In this document: positions 1-13,003 of the stretch, in pieces
Layout: each line of letters starts with the position of its first letter
Position numbering within the stretch: position 1 is the first letter of the stretch
From: Podarcis melisellensis
Lineage: Eukaryota
Reading direction: 5' to 3' (one strand)
NCBI GenBank assembly: GCA_964234715.1
Contig: OZ174284.1
DNA: 64,000 nt
Notes under the pieces: generated by a model
What the model was told of the DNA's origin: nothing
Seen by the model: the letters and a program-made list of their open reading frames with translations, nothing else
Databases searched by the model: none
Position numbers and translations under genes: made by a program

Positions 1-300
1 AAGTTGATCTGATTGATAAAAGATAGACTGGAGCCTTTCCTTTCAAAAAAATTCGTTTTGACTAAAAAAAAAGAAAGAGAAAAAACATTTCTAATGAAGT
101 AGCAGAAGAGTGCAACTGTTGTGTCAAAATCTTATCTTACCAGTTTAAAACACAAGCAAAAAGTTCCATCATTATTTCAGTTGTGAATGCTTTCTAAAAG
201 CATGTTCAGACACTAGATTCTAAATTAATTCAAATCATCTTAATTTAAAACCTAACAGTGTCTGCTGTGAAGGATCTCCCAGTTTATTTTTCTCAGTAAC

Positions 301-702
301 TGTGGCCCCGTGAGCTTGTCAACATCATCTGCTGGAGTGTGATGGTTGCCATGGCAGGACTATGGAGAGGAGCTTCACCCCCTACTTGTAAGGCTTTGGG
401 GAATCGACTTCCTTCCCCGTGGCCGTAAATGAGCAGATCAAATGAAAGGGAATTATTACCAGTTAGTTTCTTTAATAAACACAGAAAAGGATAAAAGATA
501 GCCTCTAACCAGAATGGTGGTGCTCCTAAGTAAGGATCCCACCCCCTTCTATCCCTATTAATCTACGTCACTTCTACGTCTTGTAAGAGTTTGTACCCTC
601 TGTGCTTTCTGCTCTGCCAATTTCTGAGGATCAGGATCAGGAGGAGGGGGTGGCTCCCACCATTCTTCCTCAGTGCAGCCCCCCTCAGCACGGTCCCTGA
701 CA
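301..702 (-). mobile_element. Possible degenerate solo LTR (Gypsy/ERV-like)
   Basis: TG...CA ends (tgtggcc at 301, ccctgaca ending 702), near-matching 4-bp flanks taac/ttac, ATTAAA on - strand near 472-477. Boundaries uncertain. Confidence 0.35.
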
Positions 703-1719
703 TTACAAGATCTCAGCAGGCCCTGCATCTCATGTGGGATCTCACCAAGGGACATGTTGGTGAAAACCTTCAAAAGGTTCTTCTACCTTCCTGATTTCCC
801 TCTTTGACTCTTCAGCAGCAAGGGGAAACTTTCCCAGCCCACCCCCAGTTCAGAAGCCCCCACTGCAGCTGTCAATGCCTCCTGGTTAACACTGTTGGTA
901 AGGAATTTTACTCTCATCCACAATGGCTTTTCACCCCACCCCCTCACAGTTTCTTTCAATTTTGCCATTCAAGTCCAGTTTTCCACATTTCTGCATCAGT
1001 GTGTGTGTATTCCTCATGAAAATTCATCAGCATTTTAATGCAAATTTCTCCTAATATACACATTTGTTGTATAATTTTGCACTTCTGCAAAGCAATTTCC
1101 TCGAATATAATGATGATTTGTTTCAGTTTCTTACCTGCCCCACACCATATGGCCCCAGGGCAGGATACAGCAATTTAAAAGTACAATATTAAAAAAAGGT
1201 TAAAACAGATTATGGGCACAAGAGTAGGGTTAGTCCTAAATATATAATTATGATAGCTCGACCTGTTCCTCAGGGAATTGAGAAAAGCTGCTGGTGTTTG
1301 AAGGCTAATGTGACTAGATCTTTATTTTTTAAAAAAAACTTTGTGGCACTTTCATGCCATCAGAGGTTCAACTCAGACTTGAGCATCTCGTCTATTCCCC
1401 CTTGGGAGGGGTGCTCCTAAGCAGAAGAGTTTGCATCTACCTCAATGTATTTAACTAGAGGAAAGTGAGAGGCCACCAGAAGGAAGCTACAGCCTCTCTT
1501 TACCATGGGGACAGACGGCAGGTACCCTGGGGCAAAATGAATTTTATCATAAATTCTTAATGCTGCATAGCAGCACTGTGTTATATATACCAAATTCCTG
1601 ACACAAACATCTTGGTCTTTCACAATGCTTTTGTTTGGGGCCTATTGCTCTTCCAGGACCCTGCTGCATTCCACTCTATGCTATTTTGCATAACACAAAA
1701 CCCCACTTTGCTCTTCTGT

Positions 1720-1789
1720 ATTTTAATATTCTGTTGGAAGCCGCCCAGAGTGGCTGGGGAAACCCAGCCAGATGGGTGGGTATAAATAA

Positions 1790-1790
<1 letters not shown>
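1720..1790 (+). mobile_element. LINE (L2-type) 3' end fragment
   Basis: gccgcccagagtggctgggg...ggtataaataaa followed by a simple-repeat tail; the same motif occurs inverted at ~61555-61592. Confidence 0.55.
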
Positions 1791-1839
<49 letters not shown>

Positions 1840-1846
1840 CGTTGTT
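1791..1846. repeat. (TTG)n microsatellite
   Basis: Directly visible; produces the poly-L and poly-N ORFs in the track. Confidence 0.95.
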
Positions 1847-2920
1847 ATCTTTCCTTACCTTTTCAACTGTTCCTGCTGATTTCTTTTTGTACCACTGTGA
1901 AGACTCCACAGTTCTTTAAATGCACATGCCCTTCGCTACCCCATAAAGACTTCATTGGATGTCACCCTTGCTTAATCCACCACCTTCTCACCACCACAAT
2001 TTCTACCAATTTCATTTGCAATAGGATGATCAGTGAATATATTAAGCAGTGTCCTTTGTTGAAATTCACATGTCTTGCATGGGTTTGTTTCCTGTATTTC
2101 TATTCAAATGTTTCCTTGGCTTTGTTTTCAAAAATGGATATGCCATTTTTTATTTATACGTTATAAATCTCAAAGTAGTTCACAATATAAACATGATTAA
2201 AATCAATAAATAACCATGATTAAAACATCCAGGTAGATGTAAAGCGTAACACATAATTTCAGGAACAGGAACAGCTAGAGCAAGCAAGTAAACAAAAAAG
2301 AACTCAAAGTTAACTGTCAGCAAATTCCAAGTGTAAACAGAATGAGTGGTCTTTGGTAGATAGGGGAAGGAGAAGGGGAATTTGTTGCTGGACTCCAACT
2401 TCCATCAGCCCTGACCACTGGCCATGTTGGCTGTGGTTGATGAGTGATGAGGTCCAATAACATCTGAAGGACCACAATTTCCCCATCCTTGACTACTTCC
2501 CTCCTGATACTTGAGCTCTGATCTTGTTGCCACTTGGGATGCCACCGCAAGCTCCAACAACATGGCAGAGGAATGTAGACAGCGCAGAATAATAGAGAGA
2601 GAAGCAGGAACCAGAGAACTGAGGTGTTTAAAAGTGAATTGAATGGGTTTAAAAAGAATAGTAGAAGAAAGAGGGAGCTGATGTAAAGAGGAAGGAAGAC
2701 TGAACATGGGCTCAGTACAGACAAGCAGCTTAACAAATGCAAAGGGCTTCTTTTGCCAGGTTAGACATCTGTATTAACAAAGTATTGTAGTTTTCGTTCT
2801 TCTTTTGATCACATGTTCTAATGTGTGGCAATTCTCCTCAATCTTTTCCTCAATTCTCTGTATCATTGTACATTCTTATGTGGCATCATTTTTTCCACTA
2901 TAAGGGGTGGATGGTAATAA

Positions 2921-3070
2921 NNNNNNNNNNNNNNNNNNNNNNNNNNNNNNNNNNNNNNNNNNNNNNNNNNNNNNNNNNNNNNNNNNNNNNNNNNNNNNNN
3001 NNNNNNNNNNNNNNNNNNNNNNNNNNNNNNNNNNNNNNNNNNNNNNNNNNNNNNNNNNNNNNNNNNNNNN
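2921..3070. other. Assembly gap (150 N)
   Basis: Run of N. Confidence 0.99.
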
Positions 3071-3533
3071 TGTAATTTGGATAGTAGAAGCTATGTTCAC
3101 TATACATAAGGAGGTACTCTCCGCTGCCTATTCACTTCCAATAATGAATTAGCTTTCTGCTTAAAGATTTCCAGGAGAGAAAAATACACCAGAAGTTCAC
3201 CTAGTATAACCTTGCTCCAGGAAAGATTGCTAAAGAGAAGAGGCTTCAAATACAATTTTAGTATAGGTTGCTGGCAGGAATAACAATAAGAAAATGAATC
3301 GTTTTTCCCTATCCCAATGGTGTGCTTTGGGGAAGAGTGTTACAGTTATCAAATTATAGCAGAAAATAAGTACCTAATCACTGTTATTTAGCAGCGTTCA
3401 TGAAGCTCATGTACGATGGTGCAAGTCAATATTTACCGTAAATTTCACACATTTTGGTAAAATGTAGAAAGCTTTTTATTCATAAATGGTTAGTTTGGAT
3501 TGAAAGGAGTTGGTATGTGTGAGAGGGATAGAG

Positions 3534-4216
3534 CAGTGTTTCTCAACTGGGGGCCACAGGTGAAAATCGCATAAATGGGGGGCTGGGGCACAAGACTAGG
3601 CAGCCACAGAGAATTTGCAGCAGTTAGTGATGAATTGAAAGATGATGAAATAATTTTGTATGTGAATCATTTGAAGCAGCTTTATAACAATATGGAATTT
3701 TATTTCCATGATAATCTGGACTGGGTAGTTGATCCATTTGCTGTGAATGCTGCTGATGTTCATGTTTCTTTGCAAGAAGCCTCAAAGAGCTACAGAGCAA
3801 TCAGAGTAACTTTCAGTAAAGAAAACACAATTTTTTGATAGAGTACAATCTCAAAAAAGTACCGGTATCCACAGCTTTGGGATAAATCAAAATGGTTTTT
3901 CATGGCATTTCCTACTTTGTATTTGGTAGAATTAGGTTTCAGTCATGCGAATTATTTACTCTGCCTAACGCGGAATCACCTTAGCATAATGGACAGAAGT
4001 GATCTTCGGTTATCCCTCACATCAATTGAATCGGATATATTAAAAAAAGCTTGTTTCTGGTCATCAAGAACAAGGGTCACATTGCCACACTAATGGAGAA
4101 ATACTTAAAGTATAACATTTAAATACCCAGCTTTCTACTGGCAGGACAGAGGGGGGTCACAGGAAGGAAACAAGGTCAGAAGGAGGCCACAGTCAGAAAA
4201 AGTTTGAGAAACACTG
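3534..4216 (+). mobile_element. Internally deleted hAT (Charlie/Buster-like) DNA transposon with transposase C-terminal remnant
   Basis: TIRs cagtgtttctcaa / ttgagaaacactg; degenerate 8-bp flanks ggatagag/gtctacag; frameshifted peptides WVVDPF and AFPTLYLVELGFSH...DLRLSLTSIE resemble the hAT C-terminal dimerisation region. Confidence 0.8.
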
Positions 4217-4759
4217 GTCTACAGCATGGGCTTCTTCATTATTTAGAAGCACTCTGTTGTTTCATGGAAAATTTCTAATGGAAATCAGCAGTATTTGAAG
4301 TATTTATGTGTTAAATCTCTAGAAACAGGAGAGAAATTTAAAATTAGAATAACACAATTGGATAAAACATACTTTATTGTTTTGAGCGTAAGTAGACTGG
4401 AACAGATGATGTTCTTCACTGTGGTGGCCGCTCTGGCTAATGTTTTGCAACAGAACAGTAGAAGCTGAACAATAGGATTGTCAAGACCAAAGTGGAAAAG
4501 CACATGATCTACATGTAAAAGATACCAGGTTTACTTCCTGCCTGAAACTCTGGAGAGGTGCACTCAGTCAGTGTGGACAATCTGAGCTCAATAGACTATG
4601 TACCAATTTGACTCTGCGTAAGACATCTTCCTGGGTTCCCAAATTCACTTGGTCTGAGTGATCCTTTAGCTAACTTGACAGGTTAGGAAGATCCAGTAGT
4701 TTTCCTATCTCTCTTGTCAAGGAGAGGTAACCGGACACAAGAACTGTACTATGAACTAA

Positions 4760-5116
4760 AGGTAAAGGTAAAGGTACCCCTGCCCGTACGGGCCAGTCTT
4801 GCCAGACTCTGGGGTTGTGCGCCCATCTCACTCAAGAGGCCAGGGGCCAGCGCTGTCTGGAGACACTTCCGGGTCACGTGGCCAGCATGACATCGCTGCT
4901 CTGGCGAGCCAGAGCTGCACACGGAAACGCCGTTTACCTTCCCGCTAGAAAGCGGTCCCTATTTATCTACTTGCACCCGAGGGTGCTTTCGAACTGTTAG
5001 GTTGGCAGGCGCTGGGACCGAACGACGGGAGCGCACCCCGCCGCGGGGATTCGAACCGCCGACCTTTCGATCAGCAAGCCCTAGGCGCTGAGGCTTTTAC
5101 CCACAGCGCCACCCGC
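4760..5116 (-). mobile_element. Sauria SINE, near full length, young
   Basis: On - strand: tRNA-like head with A box (ggtggcgctgtgg) and B box (ggttcgaatcc), (ACCTTT)n tail; perfect 14-bp TSD gtactatgaactaa at 4746-4759 and 5117-5130. Confidence 0.92.
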
Positions 5117-7002
5117 GTACTATGAACTAAGCTTATGTAAAAAATAAATGCATAGGGAAACAAAGGATAAGATTTCAAATTTCAGTGAGAGAAGAGAGCA
5201 AATATATTTCAATCAGGGGAGGCAAGATTCACAGCTTTAAAGGCTCCCTCTTGGATAGTCGTAGCATGAACAGTGCAATCCTATACATGTCGATTCAGGG
5301 ATATAGGATTGTAGTCTATACTGCATACACACCCAAAAAGAATCTGCCAACCCAAACCCAAATGCAATATATTTTAGCAGCTTTCGATTACCTCATAAGG
5401 CAACAGTATCCACAAAGGTCACTCACCTTTGAAACAAAGGATTCGCCCAGAGTGCAAAGAGAGTCTGCAAACCTTTGTGGATAATTAAAGCTCAATGTAT
5501 AGATTTGGTTATGAATAACCACATGAAATTTGAAGCCTCCCAGAGTGGTTCCCTGACAGCCTAAGGGTAGGTATCAACTGGTAGGTCAGTATGCATGATG
5601 CAGTTATCATCCTGGGAACAGCTTCTGGGAGCAGGGACAGAATATAACTTCTGAAGTATGTTTTGGTTCCTATGTAAGACTCTTAAGAATGGGAAATGAC
5701 AGCCTCTGTACCATGCTATAACTTCATTCTCGAAGGCTGATGGATCTTCTTACAGATCCAGGGAAATTGCCAAGAAATTATTAGGTTTCTGATGATGTGA
5801 CTTTTCTGAGCTACCGTTGGGCTCTATTGTGCTTCAGATATAAATTGGAAATATTATGAACCCATGTGTAATTTATGACTAATGTATAATTAAACTTGGT
5901 TGGAATGGAGAATATTAAACAGTGCTTACTTATAAATTTATGCCTCATTTTGCAAATTTACCAAAAAGAAAATCATACAATGAGATAATGATGGCATCTA
6001 TGTTGGCCAATTGATCTGTGTAGTTAATAACCAACTCTTAATACATTGCAGTCTCTTGGTGATAAATCAGGGTTGCTATTATTAGCTTCCTGTTCCAGGG
6101 TCCGGGGACATGTAGACCTTTATGAATATGAACACTGAGGGCTGATTGATAAGATGAGTAGAAAAAATGCTTAAGGCCAGGCGGAGCTATGGCTTTGGAA
6201 AAAGAAATTGAACCCTGAATTGATTATATGAATTAAATCCAGCCTAGAGAGCAAAATAATCACGTTCTGTCCCTGTCGATTCAGGTTGTTTCAGGACAGC
6301 AAACATCATTTTCTCTGTGGCATGTTCATATTAGCTCCGCCATAAAATGATGATGCCCTGACCTGCTGTAAAACTGATACAGCATCTCTATTAGAATGGC
6401 TGTTTGTCAGCCTACTGTTGCAGATCAGATTTCAATTCTATTTTCTGTCTTTAAAAAGTATTTAAAGACACAGTTTTTAAAGTAGTTTAGAATGCTCCAA
6501 GCTCATTTGCTTGTCCTATAGTTGTAGTATTATGTTTGGTAATATGGAGACTTTAATTTTCTTGAAACGTCATACATCTAGCCTACCCTGAGGTGAGACA
6601 GTAAATGATGCTGCCACTCCTGAAAGAACCCAAGGTTATTTTGGCAAAGTTACTTTGGCATCGAGGGCAGAAAATCCCACCAGCAGCTCTACCTGGGAGT
6701 AAAATATGATAATTATAACCAAGTAAATAATTATCAAACTGCTTTGCTCTCCTGACACACAAAATCAGCTACCTGAGGCAGCCTTCTCATTCTCCCTAAA
6801 GCTAGGGCTGGCCGTGCTATCCTGAACTCTATACTGAACAAAGCTAAGATGGCATTTGTATCATTATTTAAAACCTTTCTTTTTCACTGCAAATGCAATT
6901 CCAGAGCAAGCTACGGTACAAAATACAAATACATATAAACAGGTTATAATATGAACTACAAATCCATGTAAACTGCACAATCAGATTAAAGGAAGGCAGA
7001 TA

Positions 7003-7228
7003 CAGTGGTACCTCGGGTTAAGTACTTAATTCGTTCCAGAGGTCCGTACTTAACCTGAAACTGTTCTTAACCTGAAGCACCACTTTAGCTAATGCGGCCT
7101 CCCGCTGCCGCTGCACCGCCGGAGCACAATTTCTGTTCTCAACCTGAAGCAAAGTTCTTAATCTGAAGCACTATTTCTGGGTTAGCGGAATCTGTAACCT
7201 GAAGCGTATGTAACCCAAGGTACCACTG
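7003..7228 (+). mobile_element. Tc1/mariner-pogo (Tigger-like) MITE, family A
   Basis: TIRs cagtggtacct / aggtaccactg, TA on both flanks; many near-identical copies in the window. Confidence 0.9.
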
Positions 7229-7309
7229 TAAATTACAACTAAGCAGTAAAAATGCACATCCATCCTGGAATGGAACACCATCAAAGGCCTTGGTGAGCAC
7301 CCTAAGACT

Positions 7310-7720
7310 ATGCAAGTTTTTACTGCAGAGGGAGTGCAACCCCACCCAGAACAAGCATCTTCCCAATCCCTGAACCCAGGAGCCACCCACCAACAGAACC
7401 TCCATCTTGTCAGAATGCAGGTTCAGCTTACTGGTCCTCATCGAGCCCCTGCTACACTGATCTAGAACTTCCACAGCTTCACCTGACTCAGCTGAAACAG
7501 AAACAGAGGGGGGTGTCACCAGCAGAGTGATAACACATTGTTCCAACACCCCCCCCCCCACTCCCAATGGTTTCATAAACAGCATTGGGGAATAATGGCA
7601 CCCCATGGCCTCAAAGCCAAGGAGGTTGAGCAGGTGTCACCCAACACCACTCTCTCATAGTGACCATGCAGGTCAAAAAAACAACCACCTCCAACTCTGA
7701 TCCCATAGAGTCACTCCAGA
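7310..7720 (-). mobile_element. Degenerate L2 LINE reverse-transcriptase fragment
   Basis: ORF 7139..7606 contains SGEAVEVLDQC...KLNLHSDKMEVLLVG, resembling the L2 RT region downstream of YADD. Confidence 0.65.
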
Positions 7721-8834
7721 AAGACACCGTGCCGGTTGTCCCAGGGTATATTGCAGCCTGTTTAACTAACATGCTCACATGCTACCAAAAAAGAAAAAGC
7801 AATGCATTGGCAGAAGATGGTGCTATTGTCTAATGGTGATGTTTAGGCTCAGTCAAAAGGGTGCTCTGCTGTGAGCATCCCTTCAGGCAGTGACTGTGAT
7901 GAATATATGCTTGACGGGTGTTGTAGAGTCTGCAGAGAACAGTTCAGCTAAAAGGATAGCTTTGGAGACAGAGGGAAGACTGATTTTAGTCTTGCGGCGT
8001 GCAGAGATAATCCATTTTTTATGGATTCTACTTTTAAGTTACAGAAGTAATTACTACTATCCAGATGTGTCAGGAAATAATATAGATGTAATTTTACTGT
8101 GTTCTTCTTGCAGGGGATGTGCACATTATATCTCCAGGTCTCAAAAATGAAGCAGTGAGTGTCTGTTTAAGTAATATATAGATTGCTCAGCTACTCTGAA
8201 AATAAGTTGAGAATACATTTTCATATAGCCTTAGCTGCTAGAAAGCTCAGTTCTCAAGTCTTCTGAGCAGACCAGAGAAGACTCATGGAGTTTGTCTACA
8301 GCTAGGGTCCCCAAGGTGCCTGTATGATCTCTAGTGTTCTCCAACACCCACCTGGTGCCTTCCATTTTAAAAATGACCCTTTATTTATTCATTTAAAAAG
8401 CTTGTTGGCTCTCTTTTTTGGTTGTTTAGTTGGGGGTGTTGCCTGCTTTTTTCTTTTGGTCTGGGCTTTATTTGCCTCCTCCTGTAAACTGAGTATTTTG
8501 TGTGGTGTGCACAGCAGTTTTTAGATATCCAAAAAGTCTATCGGTGAACCTGGAGTCCTGCAGTTTCTGGTGGGCTCCAGCAGCTGTAACTATAAAGAGA
8601 AACACATGAAAGCTTGAGACACCACCTTGACATAATTGCAAAACCAACGTTGTCTATGATATAAGAAAGCCTTGTTGACTGCTTTGAAAGTTGAGGACCA
8701 CTCCACTTTGTTTCTAGAAATGCACTGCAATATTCCCCTTAGACGAAAATTTAGCAGCGTTTGTAGAACACAACTTGATGCTTTTAATCAGACTTATTGC
8801 TGTACAGTTAATAAAACAGCAATCCTTTGGAACT

Positions 8835-9091
8835 CCCTCCTGCCCACCTAGCAGTTCAAAAGCACGTCAAGTGCAAGTAGATAAATAGGTACCACTCTGG
8901 TGGGAAGGTAAACGGCGTTTCCGTGTGCTGCTCTGGTTTCCAGAAGAAGCTTAGTCATGCTGGACACATGGCCCGGAAGCTGTCTGCGGACAAACACTGG
9001 CTCCCTTGGCCTATAGAGCGAGATGAGCGTGCAACCCCAGAGTCATCCACTACTGGACCTAACGGTCAGGGGGTACCTTTACCTTTACCTT
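8835..9091 (+). mobile_element. Sauria SINE, 5'-truncated
   Basis: Reverse complement of the copies at 9762 and 22128; ends in acctttacctttacctt. Confidence 0.88.
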
Positions 9092-9761
9092 GACTGAATT
9101 AAACAAACCCCCTCCCTGTTGAACTTCAGGTGCCTGATGAAGACTTTTCTATTTCAGCAGCAATTTTATCTGTTTTTATAATGGATTTGAATTCCTCTTA
9201 TTCTTTGTATGATTTCTTTTTTATGTACTCCACTTAGAAATTCTGCATATTAAGGTGCAAATCTGTCTCTTAAATACTAAGGACTAAGCCTTTAACGTGG
9301 CAGGTGCTGTCCCGTGATACCCCTTGCCAGTAGAGGTTCAACAGGAATAATCCCTGCCTACTTTTAGACATCTTCTGAAAAATAGGGTTATTCAAACAGG
9401 CCTCTGAAATGTGAATTTATTTTTACCAACTAGTATTTATCGATTTTTCTGTTGATTATATTGTAAAGTTGTTCTTTTTATGCTGTATATCATCTTGCTA
9501 CATTTTTATGAAAGTGCAGTCTATAAGTATGTAATGTAATGTATTACAATACAATATATCCCATAGTTTGGCTCTAAGTTATCCTAGTAAGTTTGATCCT
9601 GGGAAGAGATTTTGACCAAGCACTTCCAAGGTCACACTCTTATGCATGATAGATCATGGCTACAAAGCCCCCTTTTTTGTACGTGTCTCCCACGGATTGT
9701 ATATACATGTATATAGCTTATATACATTGGTATTCAGAAGTCCATTGAGTTCAATGATCTT

Positions 9762-10124
9762 AAAGGTAAAGGTAAAGGGACCCCTGACCATTAGGTCCAG
9801 TCGTGGCCGACTCTGGGGTTGCGGCGCTCATCTCGCTTTATTGGCCGAGGGAGCTGGTGTACAGCTTCCGGGTCATGTGGCCAGCATGACTAAGCCGCTT
9901 CTGGCAAACCAGAGCAGCACACGGAAACGCCGTTTACCTTCCCGCCGGAGTGGTACCTATTTATCTACCGGTACTTGCACTTTGACGTGCTTTCAAACTG
10001 CTAGGTTGGCAGGAGCAGGGACCGAGCAATGGGAGCTCAGCCCATCACCGGGATTCGAACTGCCGACCTTCTGATCGGCAAGTCCTAGGCTCTGTGGTTT
10101 AACCCACAGCACCACCCGCATCCC
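9762..10124 (-). mobile_element. Sauria SINE, full length
   Basis: tRNA-like head with B box ggttcgaatcc-like motif, (ACCTTT)n tail, imperfect TSD caatgatctta/caatgagctta. Confidence 0.92.
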
Positions 10125-10699
10125 TGCCCTGCAATGAGCTTACTCCTAGATAAATTGGTATAGAATTTCAGCCTTGAACACCTCCACTTCCCACTGAAAT
10201 GCCTGTTCAGTCATTTCATCTTCTGACATCTGGGGAAATCGTAGGGGTATGCAACTGCAGAAAGATCACATCTGCAGCTGGTTGTGTAGCAGCTGTGAGC
10301 CGAATAATATTACATCAATTTAATGCCAATTGTGATTAATTTAGCAGTCATTATTTATACCACTATAAATGGCAGGATTGTGAAAAAAGATAGAATTAGA
10401 CATTAGCCTTCTAACTGCTTGTTTGCGTCCCATGATATTTTTCTATTTGCAATGAATAACATTTAAAAATGCCTTACTATTACTACTACCCACCAGAGTT
10501 AGTAATTGCCTTTCCTAGTTGTTCCCAGGTTCCTAAAATGGCACTCTGTCAAGCCAACTAAGGCTTTACTCCTCATCACATTGAACATAGAAAGTCATAC
10601 TTCTGTGGATAGAATTGCACTATGGAAATACTTACAGGATTTATGCAGAACTGGGCAGTGGTCCAAAGATACTTGCATGGAATTTAGGTTTATTGAATG

Positions 10700-10800
10700 G
10701 AAAGAGTTTTCTTCCTGGTGGCCACCAACTTGGATGGCTTCAAAAGAGGATTAGACAAAGTCACCATTGGACTATCATTGGGTACCAGCCATGATGGTTC
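10700..10800 (+). mobile_element. CR1 LINE fragment
   Basis: gtggccaccaacttggatggcttcaaaagaggattagacaa resembles the CR1 ORF2 end / 3' region. Confidence 0.55.
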
Positions 10801-10914
10801 AGTTCTGCCACCACTACAGTCAGAATGGACTGATTTAAGTTGCAGCAGCTTGAATTCTTGATTAAAATTGTTAAAATCTTCAAGATAAATAAGTGGTTTA
10901 ATTAACTCCCATCT

Positions 10915-11025
10915 TTTTCCTATATTTTTTATTAAATTTTCTGTTTTACGTTTTAGAATATGCATTTAAACCATCTTAAAATATCAATGACTTCCCTTCT
11001 TCTCTTTCCATAGTTCATTTTGCAT
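10915..11025 (-). mobile_element. Distal 3' UTR of the older L1 (continuation of 15729-16235)
   Basis: On - strand tatgcaaaatgaactatggaaagagaagaaggg...tttaataaaaa with AATAAA; joins the tatgc at ~15730. Confidence 0.5.
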
Positions 11026-13003
11026 AATATATATATATATTTTTTAAATATTTATTAGGGTTTTTACAGAAAAAAAGAAAACATCCAATAACAATATACA
11101 ATATTACTTTGTTTAACAAAATTTCATATCCTCTTTGAACTTCCTCACGCCTCCCACTCCCATTTGCATCATTAATAAATTTTGTCCAGCAAATTATCAT
11201 CTTATTTCCAAATTTTAAAACCGCTTAATTACAATAAAATTGTTCTCCTACAAATTTATTTTTCTTAATCTCTCTTCTCATCAGTTCCTGATCTATTTTA
11301 GTGATGGCCAATTATTTATAACTAAGCATCTTTTTTAACATTCTGATAAATCATAATATTTTTGTAGATAAATCTTGAATTTCTTCCAGTCTTCTTCCAT
11401 CCTCTCTTCTCCCAGGTCTCGGATTCTGCCAGTCATCTCCGCCAGTTGCATATAGTCCATCAATTGCGTCTGCCATTCTTCCAGTGTGGGTAGATCTTGA
11501 GTTTTCCAATTCTTAGCGAGTAGTATCCTTGCTGCTGTTGTCGCATACATGAAAAATGTTCTATCTTTCTTTAACACCTTCTGGTCGACAATGCCCAGAA
11601 GAAAGGCCTCTAGTTTCTTGGTAAAGGTATACTTAAACACCTTTTTCAACTCATTATATATCATTTCCCAGAAGGCCTTCACCTTAGGGCAAGTCCACCA
11701 GAGGTGGTAGAATGTTCCTTCATTTTCCTTACATTTCCAGCATTTATTGTCTGACGAATGGTATATTTTAGCAAGTTTAACTGGGGTCATGTACCATCTG
11801 TATATCATTTTCATTACATTTTCTTTCAAAGCATTACATGCAGTAAAGTTCAACCCAGTGGTCCACAACCTTTCCCAATCCTCAAACATAATATTATGCC
11901 CAATATCCTGTGCCCATTTTATCATAGCCGATTTAACCATTTCGTCTTGTGTATTCCATTTCAACAGCAAGTTATACATTCTTGAAAGTACCTTAGTCTT
12001 AGGTTCTAACAGTTCTGTTTCCAACTTCGATTTCTCCACCTGGAATCCTAACTTTTTGTCACTTTTAAAAGTTTCCTTAATCTGAGCGTAGTGTAACTAG
12101 TCTCGCACTTTATCCTTCATTTTCTCCATACTCTGCAATTTCCAATTATCTCCGTCTTTTTCTAGCAGTTCCCAATATTTTGGCCAGTAGGCTTCCATAT
12201 TGGTTCCTTTTCGGGCCTTAGCTTCCAAAGGTGAAAGCCACCTTGGTGTTTTATTTTCCAGTAAGTCTTTATATTTAGTCCAGACATTAAACACTGCTTT
12301 TCTGACAATATGGTTCTTAAAGGCCTTATTGATCTTAACTTTATCATACCACAAATATGCATGCCAACCAAAAGCATTGTTGTAACCTTCAAGATCTAAC
12401 ACATCAGTGTCCTCAAGAAGTAGCCAATCCTTTAGCCAGCAGAAGGCTGCGGCTTCATAGTACAACCTTAAGTCTGGCAGGGCAAAGCCCCCTCTTTCCT
12501 TTGCATCTGTTAATATCTTAAACTTAATTCTGGGCTTTTTGCCCTGCCAGACAAATTTGGAAATATCTCTCTGCCACCTCCGGAAACACTCTGCTTTGTC
12601 CACAATTTGCAATGTTTGAAACAAAAACAACATCTTTGGCAGCACATTCATCTTAATTGCAGCAATTCGGCCTAGTAAAGAAAGCTTCAGCTTTGCCCAA
12701 CTTTCCAAGTCTCTCTTAATTTCCGACCAACATTTTTCATAATTGTCTTTAAATAGACTCAGATTTTTAGCTGTTATATTTACCCCTAGGTACTTTACCC
12801 TTTTCACTAGTGATAATTCTGTTTCTCTCTGAAACCGTTCTGACTCTGTGTCTGTCATATTTTTCCCTAGCACCTTCGTTTTTTTATTTAACTTAAATCC
12901 TGCCACCTGACCAAAATCATTTATCAATTGTAATACTCTTTTCGTACTAGATTCTGGCTCCTGCAATGTCAATACTAGGTCATCTGCGAAGGCTTTTAGT
13001 TTA

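Noticed and set aside
1635-1919. Poly-Leu and poly-Asn ORFs
   Set aside because: Translation of the (TTG)n microsatellite.
2821-3152. ORFs containing X runs
   Set aside because: Artefacts of the N gap.
5030-5116. tRNA gene (A and B boxes)
   Set aside because: It is the tRNA-derived head of a Sauria SINE; the same applies to the other SINE heads.
5427-5560. Minus-strand coding exon ending AAG|GTGAGT
   Set aside because: One frame is open but the acceptor is weak and the peptide is unrecognisable; kept only as a possible donor.
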